A stretch of 51,963 bases of DNA. Source: a bacterium. Lineage in GTDB: Bacteria; UBP14; UBA6098; JAFGQG01. How positions within the stretch are numbered: position 1 is the first letter of the stretch; every line of letters begins with the position of its first letter. Made by a program: the position numbers and the translations under genes. The notes under the pieces were generated by a model. The model was not told where the DNA came from. It did not search any database and saw nothing but the letters and a program-made list of their open reading frames with translations. Shown here piece after piece: positions 11,263-20,752 of the stretch. The stretch covers positions 1 to 51,963 of the forward strand of contig JAFGGQ010000165.1 in assembly GCA_016930435.1 (NCBI GenBank). Reading direction: 5' to 3'.

Positions 11263-11886
11263 TTATCTTATATTCAGGAGGATGAGTACCGAGGCCAACA
11301 GGCCCAGCAGGGCATAGAATTCCACGAATACCCCCAGGACCATAGCCTTGGCTGCATTGCTTTTATCCTTAAGCGTAAGGCCTACTCCGGAGGCGCATAC
11401 CTTGCCCTGATGGATAGCGGAAAGCAATCCGGCAAATCCTACAGGGATACCGGCAAAGAGGAAGTACCATCCCTTCTGAATAGTTAATGCGGCGATGTCA
11501 CCACCCAGTATTCCGCTCCACAGGATTATCAGGAAGCCTATAACGAAACCGTATATACCCTGTGTGCCGGGTAGTGCGGAGAGGAGGATCACCTGGGGGA
11601 ACATATCCGGAGCCTCGTGCATGGCTCCGATGCCCATATTTGCGGTGATTCCGATCCCAACCGCAGAGCCGATACCTGCTAATACCACTGCGAATGCCAC
11701 TCCGATAAGGGCAAGAGCGACTCCATCCAGACGGAACCAGGGCTGGAGTGGAGCGGTTGCTTCCCGGGCGGCGGACCCCGCTTCCTCAACCGGCTCAGTA
11801 GCCGCAACCTCCTGGGCAAACAGAACCAGGTTTAAGGAGAGCATAAATAGCGCCACCAATATCGATACAAATAGAAACCTTTTCAT
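11263..11886 (-). CDS. V/A-type ATP synthase proteolipid subunit K (c-ring), duplicated-hairpin type
   Basis: 207 aa with four predicted transmembrane helices. Gly-rich helices (GIGSAVGIGITA, GIYGFVIGF) and a conserved carboxylate in the last helix (VFVEFYALLGL) are present. The N-terminus is cleavable-looking. Confidence 0.75.
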   Translation of the reverse strand: MKRFLFVSILVALFMLSLNLVLFAQEVAATEPVEEAGSAAREATAPLQPWFRLDGVALALIGVAFAVVLAGIGSAVGIGITANMGIGAMHEAPDMFPQVILLSALPGTQGIYGFVIGFLIILWSGILGGDIAALTIQKGWYFLFAGIPVGFAGLLSAIHQGKVCASGVGLTLKDKSNAAKAMVLGVFVEFYALLGLLASVLILLNIR

Positions 11887-11919
11887 GAATCCTCCTATCG
11901 CAACTTTGTTATTATTCCC

Positions 11920-13878
11920 TTATTTCAAATTGATGTTCGGATAAATCTTTTTAAATGGTTTAAGGGGTTTACCCCCGCTTTCATAGAACTTTCCGAAGAA
12001 TTCCACGAACTGAAGCCGGGCGGGATGAACAAAAGCCCCCAGGGCGGAGATTGCAGTGTAGCCTATATGGGCCACAACCGCCATCAGAAGGGCTATAAAA
12101 ATGCCCACTACGGGGATTTGGGCAACGTTCCCGGCAATAATATTTATTACCCCTGCGATTACCCCTGTGGAGAGACCCAGTGCGAGTATCCGGGAGTATG
12201 AAAGGATATCCCCGAACAGGTTAATAATACCATACAAACCGTCAAATCCCAACGCTCCCATGACCGCGCCCATCACGCTTTCCCGGGCCAGGATGCCCAG
12301 AATAACCGTACCCAGAACCATGCTCGCCACTCCGTACTTGACCAGATATATTGCAACAGGCAAAATAGAGGCTACTGCCTCCGGCACCAGGTTGGATAGA
12401 ATATAGATCCCCAATCCCACTGTAATGGCCACCCAGGATAGACTCAGGACTATTGCTCGAATCTTCAGGAAGATATTATCGCGGATCTGGAACTGTATTA
12501 TTCCGTTGATAATAAAACCTACCGAGACCTGGACTATACCGCAGACCAGGGCGATGGCGAAAAAGATCAGGGCATCCATAAGGGGGTCGAACAATTTTAT
12601 TGACAGGGCAAGCTTAACCAGGGGATTTTGGGGAGGGAGTTTGGACAGGTCGATGCCGAAGTACCCTCCGGCCAGGGCGCCCACCACGATAGACACCACT
12701 CCAAGGTAAATGATAAACTTGATAAATTTACGGGCTCCGGGGTTATTTTTGAACTTAAAAAACAATAAAATGCCGACCAGGGTGATGATCAGGCCATAAC
12801 CCGCTTCGGTTAAACAGAGTGCGAAGTAAACGGGGAAAAAGGGCGTGAGGTAGGGAGTAGGATCCGGATAGCCCTTATGTGGCCGGCCATAGAGGTCGGT
12901 AACCACCTCGAATGGTTCCACCAGTTTATTATTTTTCAGTGCGACCGGCGGGGTTTCATCAGGAGCCAGTGGTAATTCGAGAATGTCAACGGTCCGGGCA
13001 CTGGATTCGATTTGAAGCCTGAGGTCCGGGAGCTTCCGCTCCGGGATCCAGCCCTGAACAAGAAAACTCGATGCGGTTGATTGCACCCTCCCCCTCAACT
13101 CTGACTGTTGCAGAAGCAGATGATGATAATCGTAAATAGCGCCCAATTGGGGCAATTCTTCGGCAAGCTCCTTTAACCGTTTATTCTGATGTTCGATCTG
13201 CTCTTCCAGCAGATTAAGGGCATCTTGCAGCTTATTGAACTCGTTTTTTGGTGTGTCCGAATAACCCTTAATGGCCCATTGGGCAAATTCATATTTAGTC
13301 AAAAGGTTATCAAATTCCTGCTGGTCCTTACGATGGTAGAGTAGCAGGAAATAGAGGCCTTTCCCGGTACGGATGGTCTTTTCAAGGTGATAATCCCGTT
13401 CCTGCCGGGCCAATTCATCCTGAAAACCCGGTGTTAGGGCAAGGGGAATCATTCCTATTTTTATCCTTGTGAATTCGGTATCCCGTATATTCCGCAGGGG
13501 GTGTTCCAGACCCAACCAGGGTTCAAGCTCCGTTAGCATAAGCTGCTTGTTTTTTCTGTCGCTCTCCATTTGGGTAAGCTTCTCGCGGTGGGTTTGCAGT
13601 TCAACCAAAAACTGGTCCAGAGAGAAGCTATTCACCAATTGGCTCAGGTCGGTAGGGGTTAATTCAAGCTTTTCGGGAGTTTTTGCGGCAAATTTTTTAA
13701 GATAGTCAACGGCGTTTTTCAGTTGAGTCAGGGTGTTCTTTTCCTCACCCGGAGAATCCGGGGCTGCTTCAATGGGTTTGATTTCCATCATACCCGCTTC
13801 CTGTATGGTATCAATGATAAGATTCCAGTCTTTTTTCACACCGGCAATGCCTACTTTTTGTACAACTTCTACACCCAT
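11920..13878 (-). CDS. V/A-type ATP synthase subunit I (a-subunit, stator/proton channel)
   Basis: 652 aa. A long soluble coiled-coil N-terminal half is followed by a C-terminal half with about 8 transmembrane helices. Its ATG overlaps the stop codon of the upstream gene (TAATG). Confidence 0.85.
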   Translation of the reverse strand: MGVEVVQKVGIAGVKKDWNLIIDTIQEAGMMEIKPIEAAPDSPGEEKNTLTQLKNAVDYLKKFAAKTPEKLELTPTDLSQLVNSFSLDQFLVELQTHREKLTQMESDRKNKQLMLTELEPWLGLEHPLRNIRDTEFTRIKIGMIPLALTPGFQDELARQERDYHLEKTIRTGKGLYFLLLYHRKDQQEFDNLLTKYEFAQWAIKGYSDTPKNEFNKLQDALNLLEEQIEHQNKRLKELAEELPQLGAIYDYHHLLLQQSELRGRVQSTASSFLVQGWIPERKLPDLRLQIESSARTVDILELPLAPDETPPVALKNNKLVEPFEVVTDLYGRPHKGYPDPTPYLTPFFPVYFALCLTEAGYGLIITLVGILLFFKFKNNPGARKFIKFIIYLGVVSIVVGALAGGYFGIDLSKLPPQNPLVKLALSIKLFDPLMDALIFFAIALVCGIVQVSVGFIINGIIQFQIRDNIFLKIRAIVLSLSWVAITVGLGIYILSNLVPEAVASILPVAIYLVKYGVASMVLGTVILGILARESVMGAVMGALGFDGLYGIINLFGDILSYSRILALGLSTGVIAGVINIIAGNVAQIPVVGIFIALLMAVVAHIGYTAISALGAFVHPARLQFVEFFGKFYESGGKPLKPFKKIYPNINLK

Positions 13879-14183
13879 TAACCAATTCCCTCCAGAATAA
13901 GTCCAATAGCTTTCTGCTGCCGGGTTGAAAACTGCTCCTCGATCTCCCTGATCTTATGCTGGTTTTCCTGCCGGAGTGCATCCATCTTTTGCCTGGCCTG
14001 TAGAGATGCTTGTTCACGGGCCTCCTGAACAAGCTTTTCCCCCTTTTCGTGAGCTTCTTTCTTCAGAGCTTCCAATTCCGCCCTCTGTTTTTCCAGCTCA
14101 CGGGCGCGTTGGGACTGAAGCTTCCGGGCTTGTTCCTCCAGCTCCTTCTCAATCTCCCGGATTTTATCCAGGTAATCGGTCAT
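13878..14183 (-). CDS. V/A-type ATP synthase subunit G/H (small coiled-coil peripheral-stalk subunit)
   Basis: 101 aa, entirely charged coiled coil (EEQARKLQSQRARELEKQRAELEALKKEA). It is the first gene of the operon. Confidence 0.55.
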   Translation of the reverse strand: MTDYLDKIREIEKELEEQARKLQSQRARELEKQRAELEALKKEAHEKGEKLVQEAREQASLQARQKMDALRQENQHKIREIEEQFSTRQQKAIGLILEGIG

Positions 14184-14215
14184 ATTTCACTGCCCTCCTA
14201 AAAAAAAGATTCTGC

Positions 14216-14243
14216 AATATATTCAATCGGTCGATCCAGTCAA
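14216..14243 (-). promoter_or_regulatory. sigma-70-like promoter for the V-ATPase operon
   Basis: Read on the minus strand: TTGACT (plus 14243-14238), a 16-nt spacer, then TATATT (plus 14221-14216). About 30 nt downstream is a GGAGGG ribosome-binding site, then the ATG at 14183. Confidence 0.35.
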
Positions 14244-14276
14244 GCGATTTTTAAACCGATGGGTTGCCCCTCTTGC

Positions 14277-14675
14277 CTAAGCGATATATTCATCTTCAAG
14301 GGGTTCACTGCCAGGATTCGGATTTTTGATACTGTTCATATCGGAGCTGCCATGGAAGTGTGCGCCTTCCTCTATCACCAGCAGCCTGGTGCAGATGTTC
14401 CCTGTAAACTCAGACGATTTTTGCAGAACAACACCATCCGGGGCCATTAGGTCACCCGTAACCTTCCCGCCTATAGTAGCATGACGCACTTCTATCTGTG
14501 GTGATTCCATAGCCCCCTGTGGGCCGACAGTAAGGGATCCGGTAGCCTTCAGGTTACCCTTAAAATAACCATCGATCCGGATTCCGCCCTTGACATCCCA
14601 TTCGCCTTCCAGGCGGCATTCATCACCTAATATGGTGTTTATCTTATCTTCGTTTTCCTTATCGCCTTTTGCCAT
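14277..14675 (-). CDS. bactofilin family cytoskeletal protein (CcmA-like)
   Basis: 132 aa. Repetitive beta-helix segments with Gly-hydrophobic periodicity (GGIRIDGYFKGNLKATGSLTVGPQG...IGGKVTGDL) are flanked by short disordered, charged tails. This is typical of the DUF583/bactofilin fold. Confidence 0.7.
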   Translation of the reverse strand: MAKGDKENEDKINTILGDECRLEGEWDVKGGIRIDGYFKGNLKATGSLTVGPQGAMESPQIEVRHATIGGKVTGDLMAPDGVVLQKSSEFTGNICTRLLVIEEGAHFHGSSDMNSIKNPNPGSEPLEDEYIA

Positions 14676-14741
14676 TAAAGTGTTCTCCTTCTATATTTAT
14701 TAGTCCAATGATTCTCTGACTTCTAATCCGGATTTAAAGAA

Positions 14742-15584
14742 CTATCCGCTGTCCGCCACGATTTGGGTTTTTATGGGGTCGATAGGGATATTATTTTTGA
14801 CCACCTCATAGTGAAGATGGGGTCCCAGACTCTTGCCTGTATTACCGGATAAACAGATGGTATCATTGAGATTCACCCATTGCCCTACTTCGACTATGAT
14901 CTTGCTGGCGTGGCCATATTTAGTCTTATACCCATTAAGATGATTTATGATAACCAGGTTCCCATAGCGGGGATGCCAATCGGCGTACTCAACTAATCCG
15001 GAGGCGGTAACCCTCACCGGAGTACCCTCTTTGAGGGCGATATCCACACCGGTATGGGGACTCAAAAAGCCGGTCATTTCGCCGAACCGGGCAGTTATCA
15101 TTCCGGAGACGGGCAACCCGGTGGGAGTGAGTTCACGTTCCGCTTTTTTATCCGCAAGCCATTCTTCCAGTTCTTTCCCAATCAGTATCTCTCCTTCCCG
15201 GGGCACCAGGGCCTGAGGAAAAGAACGAATCCCAAACTGAAACTCATAATCACCACCGGAAACGGGCCGGGAGGAATAAGCCTGATCCGCACCCAAAAGG
15301 CGCTCCAGGTATAACCGGGCAGCCTGGATCCTTTCAAGCTCCTCCTGAATCAGAACCATCTGGCTTTCCCGCTCACGCAAACGCTTGTTCTCCCTCCTGA
15401 GATGTGAAGCCTCCATGGCCCTCTGGGTCAGCTTCCCGTAAAAAAACACCCCACCGATTATCAAGACTATCATACAGGTTAGAACGATCAGGGCTGAATG
15501 AAAAAGCTTACGGTGAACCCGCCAGTTCAGGGTCTTATTGCCCTCCTGGGAAACGATCATAATATTATAATATTTATTCTTCAT
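14742..15584 (-). CDS. M23 family metallopeptidase (LytM/EnvC-like), membrane-anchored with coiled coil
   Basis: 280 aa. An N-terminal transmembrane segment and a coiled coil precede a C-terminal M23 domain (HTGVDIA...GNLVIINH...YGH). Confidence 0.85.
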   Translation of the reverse strand: MKNKYYNIMIVSQEGNKTLNWRVHRKLFHSALIVLTCMIVLIIGGVFFYGKLTQRAMEASHLRRENKRLRERESQMVLIQEELERIQAARLYLERLLGADQAYSSRPVSGGDYEFQFGIRSFPQALVPREGEILIGKELEEWLADKKAERELTPTGLPVSGMITARFGEMTGFLSPHTGVDIALKEGTPVRVTASGLVEYADWHPRYGNLVIINHLNGYKTKYGHASKIIVEVGQWVNLNDTICLSGNTGKSLGPHLHYEVVKNNIPIDPIKTQIVADSG

Positions 15585-16425
15585 GGTAAATTAAATTGCT
15601 TATGCGGTAGAGCTCCTCCGGGGAATTGTATTTAATGACGATCGTTCCGCCGCGTGCGACATTCCTGATCGTAACCTTCGTTCCCAGTGAAAGCTGAAGC
15701 TGCTTTTCCAGAACGATGATCTCGGGATCCACCCCTTTAACAGCCACCCTTTTCCTGCTTTCCTTCTCCCCCCTGGCCAGGATCTCGGTGCGTTCCACGG
15801 ACAGGCCCCGGCGACAAATGAGGTTTGCCAAACGCATTTGAAAGGACTCATCTTCTATGGATAGTAACGCCCGGGCATGACCCTCGGTTAGCTTACCATC
15901 TTTCAACATTTCCTTGATCTTATCGGGCAGCTTGAGCAGACGCATAATATTGGCAACTGCTGGACGGCTTTTCCCGACCTGCTGGGCTATCTCCTCCTGC
16001 TTTAACTTGAATTTATGTGCCAAAAGGTGGTAAGCCTCGGCTTCCTCAAGGGGATTAAGATCCTCTCGCTGGAGATTCTCTACGAGTGAAAGAAAGAGGG
16101 CTTTCTGGGGTGTGTCGGCTTCCACCACAATTGCCGGGACGGTTTTCAGGCCAGCCAATTTAGAAGCCCTCCAGCGCCGTTCTCCGGCTACCAGCTCATA
16201 CTTATCATCTACCTTCCGGAGCAGTAACGGCTGCAGTAAGCCCTGCTCTTTAATTGAAACGGCGAGGCTTTCCACAGCATCTTCGTCAAACGTTTTGCGG
16301 GGCTGTAATGGGCTGGGAAATATCTGCTCAATACTAACGTGGAGCAGGGTCTTCTCACCGAACAGCGTTTTTATTTCCGAAGGGATAATGGCATCAATGC
16401 CCTTCCCCAGAACTCTTTTTGTCAT
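15574..16425 (-). CDS. parB: chromosome partitioning protein ParB (Spo0J)
   Basis: 283 aa. The ParB box GERRWRA and a helix-turn-helix are present. It overlaps the upstream parA by 32 nt. Confidence 0.9.
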   Translation of the reverse strand: MTKRVLGKGIDAIIPSEIKTLFGEKTLLHVSIEQIFPSPLQPRKTFDEDAVESLAVSIKEQGLLQPLLLRKVDDKYELVAGERRWRASKLAGLKTVPAIVVEADTPQKALFLSLVENLQREDLNPLEEAEAYHLLAHKFKLKQEEIAQQVGKSRPAVANIMRLLKLPDKIKEMLKDGKLTEGHARALLSIEDESFQMRLANLICRRGLSVERTEILARGEKESRKRVAVKGVDPEIIVLEKQLQLSLGTKVTIRNVARGGTIVIKYNSPEELYRISNLIYHEE

Positions 16426-17182
16426 TTAACAATATCTCCTGTGCTAGGCTTAGATAACTTTGGGCACCCGAGGACTTGGCGTCGTAGAGGATGATCGGCT
16501 TCTCAAAACTGGGCGCTTCCGCCAATCTAACATTTCGATGAATGATGGTTTTATAAACTTTATTCCCGAAGCATTGCCGGGCTTCGGCAGCTACCTGGTA
16601 AGCAAGGTTCAAGCGGCTGTCGAACATGGTCAGCAGAAGTCCCTCCAGCAAGAGCTGAGGATTGAGTTTTTGCTGTACCCGGTGCAGTGTCCCCAGCAAT
16701 TGTCCCAGGCCCTCCAGGGCGTAGTATTCGCATTGCATGGGTACCAGAACCGAATTTGCAGCCACCAGTGAATTAATGGTCAACAGACCGAGAGAGGGTG
16801 GGCAGTCGATCAGGATATAATCATAGTCGTCTTGGATATTCAAAATGGCGTTCCTAAGCTGGTATTCCCTTTTCTCAAAGGTGGCAAGTTCTATCTCTGC
16901 ACCAACCAGGCGGATGTGAGAGGGCAACACTTTTAAATACTCCAGTTCAGGATAGGGTATAATTGCATCGAGGATACGCATATTCTCCAGGAGCACTTCA
17001 TAGGTAGTCAGATGATTGTTATCCATTTTTATTCCCAGGCCGGAGGATGCGTTTGCCTGGGGGTCCATATCCACTAACAAAACATTTTTCTCGGCTGCGG
17101 CCAGGGATGCCCCGAGATTAAGGGCGGTAGTAGTTTTCCCCACCCCGCCTTTCTGATTGGCAATGGCGATTATTTTGGGCAT
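16394..17182 (-). CDS. parA: chromosome partitioning ATPase ParA (Soj)
   Basis: The deviant Walker A motif KGGVGKTT is present. The ORF-track start at 17191 is a TTG. I chose ATG at 17182 (MPKIIAIANQKGG), which matches the canonical ParA N-terminus. Confidence 0.9.
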   Translation of the reverse strand: MPKIIAIANQKGGVGKTTTALNLGASLAAAEKNVLLVDMDPQANASSGLGIKMDNNHLTTYEVLLENMRILDAIIPYPELEYLKVLPSHIRLVGAEIELATFEKREYQLRNAILNIQDDYDYILIDCPPSLGLLTINSLVAANSVLVPMQCEYYALEGLGQLLGTLHRVQQKLNPQLLLEGLLLTMFDSRLNLAYQVAAEARQCFGNKVYKTIIHRNVRLAEAPSFEKPIILYDAKSSGAQSYLSLAQEILLNDKKSSGEGH

Positions 17183-17376
17183 AAAATCCAAACTGTTATA
17201 TCTGTTTATTTATAATTTAATAAATTATTTAATTTAGGCAGTGATAACTTCGAACGCAAGTATTTTTAAAAAAAAATGGGCCGAGTACGGTTTTTAAAAA
17301 AACCGGGAGCTATAATTCCAATTAGCGGTTTATGATCCCCTTAGTTCATAGCCGGGCCGTATATCACGCAGGGGAC

Positions 17377-18231
17377 TTAAAAATGTATGGTCAGTGCGAA
17401 TCCCGGGGTCAAGAAGTGTTGGTGAGTTTCCCCCACGGATTCGGGGTAAAAGTTCAAGTTGAACACTTCCAGCAATGTCGCCACAGCATCTCCGGCTGGC
17501 TTTAGTGCCCATACCCCGGTATGCTGAGCTGCCTGATTAAAAGCGCTTCTTATGCCGGTATAGGTCAAGCTTCGCATAAATTCCTTCCAGAACACAAATC
17601 GAGGATAATATGTATCCACCCGTGCTTCCAGGGAGAGTTCCAGACGTGGGGTCTTTCCAATGGCTAAACCCAAACCGAAACCCTGGCTGTTAAAGAAATG
17701 AGCCTTATCCAACCGGGCAGATTCATCTCCCGTATAATCCATAAATGTTCCTGTAGGCTGAAGTTCCGGATTCATGGCCATCACAAACAGGCCGGTTACC
17801 GACCCGGAGATAACAGAGAGATGCCTTAGAGGGTGTATGGACATCCGGTTGACCAATCCGAAGCTATTTAAGGCAAGATCTACGGAGTCACCTTCAAAAT
17901 CCATACGGCCATACTCAAAAGCTAATGTTCGGTTTATTATGACCTTTTTTATATCGCTGGCCGACTTTGTTTTCAGTATATCCATTTCCTCTCTAACGGG
18001 ATCATCAAGCCCGAAGGTGCCCAGGCCAATGCAAACAAAAAACGAGGGCATGCGCGGGATGAAGGATTCCCCCAGGTCATATTCTGCCGGGGTCTTATTA
18101 AGATTTATTGCAGAGCTGGAACCCGTCATCAGGGAAAGGTCCAGTCCAAATCGCAGATCATCATCCGCCCCGGAAAGAAACGCGGTCAGGGCAAAGACAA
18201 TTAGGGCTGACAGGATAATTTTGCTATGCAT
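17377..18231 (-). CDS. predicted outer-membrane beta-barrel protein (signal peptide, C-terminal Phe)
   Basis: The ORF-track start at 18291 is a TTG. ATG at 18231 gives MHSKIILSALIVFALTAFLSGADD, a clean signal peptide. The protein ends ...ALTIHF. Alternating hydrophobic beta-strand pattern. No family recognised. Confidence 0.45.
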   Translation of the reverse strand: MHSKIILSALIVFALTAFLSGADDDLRFGLDLSLMTGSSSAINLNKTPAEYDLGESFIPRMPSFFVCIGLGTFGLDDPVREEMDILKTKSASDIKKVIINRTLAFEYGRMDFEGDSVDLALNSFGLVNRMSIHPLRHLSVISGSVTGLFVMAMNPELQPTGTFMDYTGDESARLDKAHFFNSQGFGLGLAIGKTPRLELSLEARVDTYYPRFVFWKEFMRSLTYTGIRSAFNQAAQHTGVWALKPAGDAVATLLEVFNLNFYPESVGETHQHFLTPGFALTIHF

Positions 18232-18734
18232 GTTTTCTCGCCTCGCCGGAATAAATTGAAATTTGTCGAGTCTTTTTGGGTTCGTATGCAATTTGTTTAG
18301 ATAATATCACTAAAAGTTTACCATAAATGTTACGGGATGTTTTGATGGTTGTCGATCATAATATTCCAGGGTCAAGATTGCTATGTATCGAATTTTGTGA
18401 ATTAGCCATTCACCGTTTGTTCAGTTTATTCGAATTATTAATCCTAATCGCCATTTTTTAGCAACCAATTCGTACATGGACTATTTTTGTAAAATTAGAA
18501 GAACTTTTGCTATTTGTCAAACAAATTCGATACTTACGGATATAACATAGGAGGCCGGGCTATATCATTCCGGTATTCTAAAAAGTGTTCAGTATGGTTA
18601 ATAGGCCTTTAAAAAATGGTATTATAGGCTGGATGATTAGCTTAAAGTTTTTCTGGCGGATGGGCTCTTTCATTAGATAACCACCTATTCAGGTTTTTCG
18701 GGCTGACATTGCATGTTTATTCTGCGCTATAATC

Positions 18735-18763
18735 TTGACTATCCGGGCCGGAGGCATTATTAT
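18735..18763 (+). promoter_or_regulatory. sigma-70-like promoter for the sensor-kinase/sigma-54 regulator operon
   Basis: TTGACT (18735-18740), a 17-nt spacer, then TATTAT (18758-18763). A ribosome-binding site AAGAGGAAG follows, then ATG at 18792. Confidence 0.4.
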
Positions 18764-18791
18764 TTATTCAACATAACAATAAGAGGAAGCG

Positions 18792-20750
18792 ATGAAATCC
18801 CTTTTGCGCCGGTATTCTGCATTTATTATTGTTTCGATAGTATTAGCCCTTTTGTTTGCCTTGCTTGCCTGGTTCGGGTTGAAGGAGGGACAGCGAGTGG
18901 CCTTAAAGCTTATGGAGCGCGATGCCCGGTCTCTCTCGGGAATACTTATCTCAGGCTGTCAGAAGCTTTTTCAGGCGGGGATCTTTATCGAAAAGGAGAT
19001 CGGCCAGGGCCTTAAGCAGCAGTTGCAATTGCTGGACCTTGATGCTGAATCCGGGAAATTGGATGAAATTGCTCAGAGGGGCGGTTTTTCCTGGATCATC
19101 ATTATAGATCCTGAGGGTAATATTTTGCACCAGAGTTATTGCTCTTATCCCTCCCCTCAGGAACTCCTGTCCGGTATTCCCCGGGACCTTTTGCCCCTTC
19201 TGGAGGGTGAGAGACAGGAGATGTTTTTCGGGATAGACCCGGAATTTCCTTTTTTATCTCAGCCCAAGGGTTATGCATACCGTGAAGGGGATCGCATCGT
19301 GGTGGTTTTTGCCCGGGAGGCGGTTTTTGAGAAGGCTGAACAACTCACCGGGATCGGCCACCTCATCCAGGATATGGCCCAGGAACCCTCGGTCAAATAT
19401 CTCCTGCTTCAAAACGAAGACGGGATCATGTTCGCATCCCAGAGGGTCAGGAAAATGCCAAAAATCAGCCAGGATGATTTTCTGATTGGGATACTGCGGG
19501 GCAATCCCGCGCGTGGCCGGTTCACCCGGTTTGAGGGCGAAGATGTTTATGAATATACCCGGCAATTTCCCCCTATGGGCGATTTCAGGGGGGTACTTCG
19601 AATGGGATTTTCACTGAACGAGTATAACATAATACTGAACACCTATAAATGGGAGTTGATGTTTTTCATTATTCTGCTTTTTGTGATTGCTTCGGTCAGT
19701 GTTTCCCTGATTTTGACTTCAAAGCGTTTTCAGGCTGCCCAGAAATTATCGGACAGCATTTTAAGCAACATGGATGCGGTCTGCCTGGCGGTGGACCGGC
19801 GGGGGCGGATATCACGGCTGAACCGCGCCGGGGAATCATTCTGGGGATGGGTCGAGGAAGAAGTAAAGGGTAAGGAATATATGAACCTCTTTACCGGGGA
19901 TGAATTGAACGTACAGCAAACCCTTCTAAATCAACGTTCATGCTATAGCGCTCAAAAAGAAATTCAGACCACTCAGGGAAAACGAATGGTCAATCTTTGT
20001 ACCACTTATCTGGGGAAAGAGGGAGCTTTTGCAATCATTGAAGACATTACCGATATTATCCGGTTGAAAGAGGAGGTTGCCTCGCAGGAATACCTGAAGA
20101 CCCTCAGTGATCTTATAGCCTCAGTGGCTCATGAAGTCCGAAACCCCCTGAATGCAATTTCCATCGCATCCCAGAGGCTAAGCAGCGAGTTCGAAGTTTT
20201 ATATAATGACCGGGAAGCCGTATCGCTGCTACGAACCATTCATCAGGAAGTGCTCCGGGTGGATAAATTAGTGCGTGAATTTATCAGCCTGACATCCCCG
20301 GTATCCCCAGAAAAGAAGCTCCAGCCCGTTCAGCCCCTGATAGATGATCTAACCAAACTTGCCGGGCTGGAGGCAGATGCCGCAAAGGTTAAACTGGAAA
20401 CCCAAACGGAGCCGGAACTGGAATTCTATTTCGATTATGAAAAACTAAAAAAAGCGCTTTACAACCTTTTAAAAAATGCAATTGAAGCCACACCACCCGG
20501 CGGGAAAGTAAGGTTTTCGGCAAAGATGGATAAGGATGGTCTCTTCATCTCCGTTTGGGACGACGGAAAGGCCATTGGCAAAGATCAACTGGAGCGCATA
20601 TTCAAACCCTTTGTCTCATTCAGGGAAAAGGGCACGGGGTTGGGACTGTTCGTGGTTCACCAGACCGTAAAGGAACACGGTGGGAAAGTAAGCGTCGAGA
20701 GCAATGAAAACTTTACTGAATTCAAGGTGTTTTTGCCGGGGAGAGGATAA
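18792..20750 (+). CDS. sensor histidine kinase (periplasmic sensor between two transmembrane segments, PAS, HisKA, HATPase)
   Basis: 652 aa. Transmembrane segments are near residues 10-30 and 290-310. An H-box (SVAHEVRNPLNAI) and a G2 box (GTGLGL) are present. It abuts the response regulator. Confidence 0.85.
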   Translation: MKSLLRRYSAFIIVSIVLALLFALLAWFGLKEGQRVALKLMERDARSLSGILISGCQKLFQAGIFIEKEIGQGLKQQLQLLDLDAESGKLDEIAQRGGFSWIIIIDPEGNILHQSYCSYPSPQELLSGIPRDLLPLLEGERQEMFFGIDPEFPFLSQPKGYAYREGDRIVVVFAREAVFEKAEQLTGIGHLIQDMAQEPSVKYLLLQNEDGIMFASQRVRKMPKISQDDFLIGILRGNPARGRFTRFEGEDVYEYTRQFPPMGDFRGVLRMGFSLNEYNIILNTYKWELMFFIILLFVIASVSVSLILTSKRFQAAQKLSDSILSNMDAVCLAVDRRGRISRLNRAGESFWGWVEEEVKGKEYMNLFTGDELNVQQTLLNQRSCYSAQKEIQTTQGKRMVNLCTTYLGKEGAFAIIEDITDIIRLKEEVASQEYLKTLSDLIASVAHEVRNPLNAISIASQRLSSEFEVLYNDREAVSLLRTIHQEVLRVDKLVREFISLTSPVSPEKKLQPVQPLIDDLTKLAGLEADAAKVKLETQTEPELEFYFDYEKLKKALYNLLKNAIEATPPGGKVRFSAKMDKDGLFISVWDDGKAIGKDQLERIFKPFVSFREKGTGLGLFVVHQTVKEHGGKVSVESNENFTEFKVFLPGRG

Positions 20751-20752
20751 GC

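Noticed and set aside
17192-18791. Possible replication origin next to parAB. There are AT-rich spacers and weak TTATCC-like words.
   Set aside because: No convincing DnaA-box clusters (TTATCCACA) are present. No dnaA or dnaN gene is in the window. AT-richness alone is insufficient.
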